DNA of 64,000 bases from Candidatus Bathyarchaeota archaeon (GTDB taxonomy: Archaea > Thermoproteota > Bathyarchaeia > Bathyarchaeales > Bathycorpusculaceae), in the NCBI GenBank assembly GCA_963739305.1, contig CAVTZU010000015.1:1-64000 (forward strand). Reading direction: 5' to 3'. The position numbers and the translations under genes were made by a program. Numbering within the stretch: the stretch's first letter is position 1; each line of letters begins with the position of its first letter. Below, in pieces: positions 60,125 through 64,000 of the stretch. The notes under the pieces are model-generated. The model made no database searches. It saw nothing but the letters and a program-made list of their open reading frames with translations, and had not been told where the DNA came from.

Positions 60125-62385
60125 TTAGGAGTTTGTGTCTTTTTGGCTGGAATCAGCATTCTTGTTGGGCATTTTTGGTTTTTTCATTCTCTTCGTTGCT
60201 GCGAGGGCGACGGCTATTATCATTGGAGCAGCAAGCAGTATCAGGTTCGGGTATTCTGGCATGGTTGAGGCTGTTAAGCCATAGATATCCTGGGACCATT
60301 GTGGCAAGTAGCTGGTTCGGTTGTAGTTGTTGAGCATGTCTCTCCATTGGTTGTCGTCAAGTCGTGTGGTGCCTGTAAGCGGGAACTCGTAGTATGAGAA
60401 CACGGGACCCACGGCGGTTACCAGGGTGCCGTTTGGCAACGGGAACAATGCGACCAGGTCGTATACGTAGCCTGTGCCCACGTGCAGAATTTGAGGTGGA
60501 TATTGGAGATCTCCAGGCGGGAACGTTGCGACATCGGCTATCACGGGCGCGTCCAGGATCATTTGATAATCGGCCTCCCTAGCGATGCTGTTCAGCAAGT
60601 TTGGGTACCATCCAATGAAGCCTCCGCACATTATCATACAGGAGCTTTGGAGAAATTGAGTTTCGTCGGTTGTAAGTGGCTGTTTCGCTAGTTCTCGTTG
60701 GGAGATGTCTTCGAAGGTGCCTGAGTAGTTCGCGATGGTTTCCAGTGAGGAAAGCACGACGCGGTTTGCGTAGATTCCTAGCGTTTTAACTGCGTTGAGT
60801 GTTTCTTGCGCGAGCAACTGAAGTCTTGAGTAGAAGGTCGGGTTGGGTTCGACGAATGCCTCTGGGTAGCTGCATGATATTCCGATTCCATACGTTTGTT
60901 TTGCGTAGAGTATCGTGTCGTGTCGGAGTTGGGCCCAGCTTCCGAGGGCGGTGTTCAGTTTTTCGTCTTGCCATGCGGTTGTCTTCATGAAGTCTGGGTA
61001 GTCGCTGGTGTAGTTTATGTTGACTAGGCTCTGGAGCATGTGTATCCATGATGTGTAGGATGAGTAGGTCCAGTTTTCTTCTGTCAGGCTTTCAAACTCT
61101 TGTTGCAGGCTGTTCAAGTTGGCTTGAAAGCCTGTGTAGCTCGAAGTCGGGTGTCAACAGTTGGTAGGCGCGTTGGCTTCCGAGGACGGCGAAGAGGTCT
61201 AGGCCTTTGGGGAGGATGCGTCGGTCTTGGGTGCTGTTATAGCCGACTTTGTCCCAGATCAGGTTCTGGAATATGTAGGAGTCGGGCACGAATCTTTGGC
61301 CCATGAACTGGAAGACGAGTGGGTAATTTGGCAAAGTGGATCCCGGCGTCTGTGAGATCAGAGCTTGTGATAGGATTGATTGGCCGTATTCGGGTTTGCT
61401 GAGTTCCTGTCTTAGGGTGTTCAAGGCGTTTCCTTGGGTGGCTATATCGAGGTATTCTTGGTGGTCGCCGAAGGCGTTGTGCAGTGCGGTTTCCAGGCTC
61501 AGGAGGTTTATCGAGTCGCTTTTTCCGATGAGGGCGTCGGTGATGTTGTACAGGAGCTGCCAGTTTTGATATTCATGTTGGTTCCGTTTCATTATGTCCC
61601 GGATGTACACGATAGCGACGTCGTCTATGTGTGGGTTGGACCAATCGTAGGTTTCGTTGTTCCTAGATATGAATACCGGGAACTGGCCGTACCACATCAT
61701 GGTGTGAAAGTAGTCCTCAAGCTGTGGAACGCCGACATAGTGGCCGCGAACCTTGAACTGGCTGAAATCATACTTGTACTTCCACATTGTAAGGTGAGAC
61801 GGGCAGACGCCACATTCCAGCGGACACGAACTGAAGGCTTGCGATGTTGTTGAGGTAGAAGGCAACGTCGCTTGACAGTTCCTGTGGCACGGTGACCGTG
61901 GTGTTGGTGAGCAGGGACAAGGCAACAGCGAAGTAGACGGTTGAGTTGCTTATGGCCCAGTACTTCTGTGAGCCGTCATGAGTGATGGCGGCGTAGTCGC
62001 TGCACGACGTGTTGTATGCGTATTGTGTCATTTCGAGCAGAATCGGGTAGAATGTTTGGTTCTCGAGGATTCGAAGGGAGCAGTCGAAGACTACGTGGAA
62101 CATGTGGAGGATTGAGTCGGTGGTCACTATCACGGGCAGGTCGTCCATGTAGACCATTCCGTAATGGTCTTCGAATCTTGGTGTTTTCGAGGAGTCGAGG
62201 ATTACGAACCCGTACTGGCTGAGCATGTTTTGCTGAGCCTCCGTAAGTCCGAAGACGTTTTTGACCTCATCGTAATAGAGTGCTTCTGATGGTGAAAAAG
62301 CAGCTTTTACTGGTGAAATGCCAGCGAGGGCTGAGAAGAATAACGATAAAGCGAGGAAAATAACGACTAGAATAATTTTCTTCAT
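60125..62385 (-). CDS. DUF3160 family secreted protein (two frameshifts)
   Basis: signal peptide; VTTDSILH, DFSQFKVRGHY, MGQRFVPDS, LGSWAQLRHDTILYAKQ, GPVFSYYE; C-terminal PEY + TM + basic tail. Confidence 0.88.
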
Positions 62386-62591
62386 GTCTTCATGCGTCCC
62401 CCTGAAAGCGTGCTGTCGAAAGGAGACAATGCCGCGCATCCCCGAGACTTCAATCAGCGAGGTTCTATTTAGTTCTAATCATTGGCACGTCTGGTTCTAG
62501 TTGTTAGCACGGTTCACGGTCAGAGTATCGTTCCAACGTGGACTATCGAAAAACCTAAAGCAGTTGAGTCTGCAATTAGGTCTGAAGAGAA

Positions 62592-63251
62592 ATGAAGCGA
62601 ATCCTTCTTGTAGTCATAGGTCTGGTATTGATCGCAACAGTAGGGTTGTTATCGTTCTTTGTCTTCTGGTACGTGCCGAACACGCTTGGCAGACAGTATG
62701 TTTCAGTGTCGTTTCAGCCGCTGTTCTACGGCGGGTTTTACGGCGGTGAAAACTTTTTGCATCTGGTTTATGAGGGCAGAGCAATCAACGCGTCGTTTGT
62801 GTCGGTTGCGGTTAACATAACCAACAGTTACTTTGTTCCTGTTCAGTTCGGTTACAACGGGTTCGACGCGGTTTGGTTGATCTATAGTCAACGTGTCTCT
62901 GACCCGTCGGATATCGACGGCAACAGGGCGGCGTTGGTTTATGGGGCGTATTCCAGCTTGAACATGTGGATCGAGCGTTACGCAGGGATAAGGGCTTTCT
63001 CAACTGGCGGCTACCAAACGTATGATGCTATGAAGAGCTTCGTGAATTTCACGGCAACAATCAATCCTGGAACGGCTGTTAGAAATCAGGACTTGTTCTT
63101 TACCGGGTCCAACAAGCCTGATTGCTGGTTGGGTCGCTGGTGGCTTAACAATTCTGACGTGTCTCCTGGCACTTACTTCATGTACTGCATTATTCTAGGC
63201 ATTCCGACTGGTCCACTGAACGTGACGGTTACTTCAATATCCGACAGTTGA
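62592..63251 (+). CDS. membrane-anchored secreted hypothetical protein
   Basis: N-terminal TM; many N-x-S/T sequons; SPGTY. Confidence 0.7.
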   Translation: MKRILLVVIGLVLIATVGLLSFFVFWYVPNTLGRQYVSVSFQPLFYGGFYGGENFLHLVYEGRAINASFVSVAVNITNSYFVPVQFGYNGFDAVWLIYSQRVSDPSDIDGNRAALVYGAYSSLNMWIERYAGIRAFSTGGYQTYDAMKSFVNFTATINPGTAVRNQDLFFTGSNKPDCWLGRWWLNNSDVSPGTYFMYCIILGIPTGPLNVTVTSISDS

Positions 63252-63816
63252 TGGCACACACTTGCCTGAGAAATCGGAAAAGGCCAGCGCGCAAAGTGAC
63301 TTGTTACATTTTGCTATTCTTCTAGCGTAGACAGAAGTGATTTCAAAATTAATAATTGTTACAAAACCCTTGTAGAAAAAAGCGCGCTATGTGGAAGCGG
63401 ATTACTTCAACCCATCCTTGTACCATTTGCCGCACTGTTTACTTTGAGACTCTTTAGAAGATTCGTCTCGGAGGAAAACCCGATACTTCCTGCAGAAACC
63501 TTCGCCCCTGAACTCTGGACAGTTGTCACATGGCATTTTCGGCGTTTTACTGCCTTCTTGATTCGTCAGGAAAGTCAGCCGCTCCCCATGTTTCCTCTTG
63601 CCACAACTAGTATTTATAGCACATGGGAATCGAGCTGGACACGCAACTTCTCGCCTGACAAAAATGCCGCCAAGCTGTCTTTGTTGGAACACATGTGCCA
63701 GAGATCTAGAGGAATCTCTAGAATTTTGCACTAGCTCTTCTGTTACAAAGCGTTCACTTAGATCATGATATATAGAGCGGAAATATAGGAACATCAACTT
63801 CAGGTTGGTGAGTTTT

Positions 63817-64000
63817 GTGAAGGCTGAAATTGGAGCGAGAAACTGTCTGTATCCGATGCCAACGACTCTGGTTGGAGCGTTGGTGGATGGAAAACCGAAC
63901 TATGTCACGATCGCGCACGTTGGGATCATGGATCCCGGGTCGGTTTCATTGGGAATGAACAAGATGCACTTTACCAACGTAGGCATAAGAGCGAATGGGA
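63817..64000 (+). CDS. flavin reductase (flavoredoxin-like), partial at window end
   Basis: LYPMPTTLVGALVDGKPNYVTIAHVG. Confidence 0.85.
   Translation, partial: MKAEIGARNCLYPMPTTLVGALVDGKPNYVTIAHVGIMDPGSVSLGMNKMHFTNVGIRANG

Noticed and set aside
740-62385. About a dozen frameshifts (both integrases, DMT, dnaK, ABC exporter, ParB-ASCH, DUF3160) as programmed frameshifting or phase variation
   Set aside because: They are single-base indels with no common slippery motif and include dnaK, so uncorrected sequencing error is the simplest explanation
1-64000. CRISPR array or cas genes
   Set aside because: No regularly spaced repeats and no cas motifs seen

Overview
Archaeal chromosomal window; gene content (DUF1512, PDCD5-like protein, non-pyrrolysine MttB, stand-alone 5S rRNA, multi-intron tRNA) suggests Bathyarchaeia or a related TACK lineage (inference). 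Core and metabolic genes: glpX, dipeptide epimerase, ABC systems, TPP-dependent E1 alpha/beta, a corrinoid/MttB/reductive-activator cluster, grpE-dnaK-dnaJ, rubrerythrin, map, trpS, 5S rRNA, tRNA-Pro and tRNA-Trp. The main result is a family of small (~5.5 kb) split-integrase elements. One (5009-10687) is integrated into the last codons of a protein-coding gene through a 17-bp palindromic att, and excision would rejoin int(N) and int(C) in frame. A related remnant (48896-54397) sits in tRNA-Trp. The two share an int(N) motif (ELLRLKTG / ELLSIKSG) ending at the same CAGGT junction and a ~105-bp non-coding leader. The tRNA-Trp locus has two diverged 3' halves with different introns. Accessory cargo throughout the window is bounded by intergenic GCGCGCGC(TA) motifs, which also mark gene truncations. 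Many single-base frameshifts, including one in dnaK, are most likely sequencing errors. All family assignments are by eye from motifs; no database searches were run.
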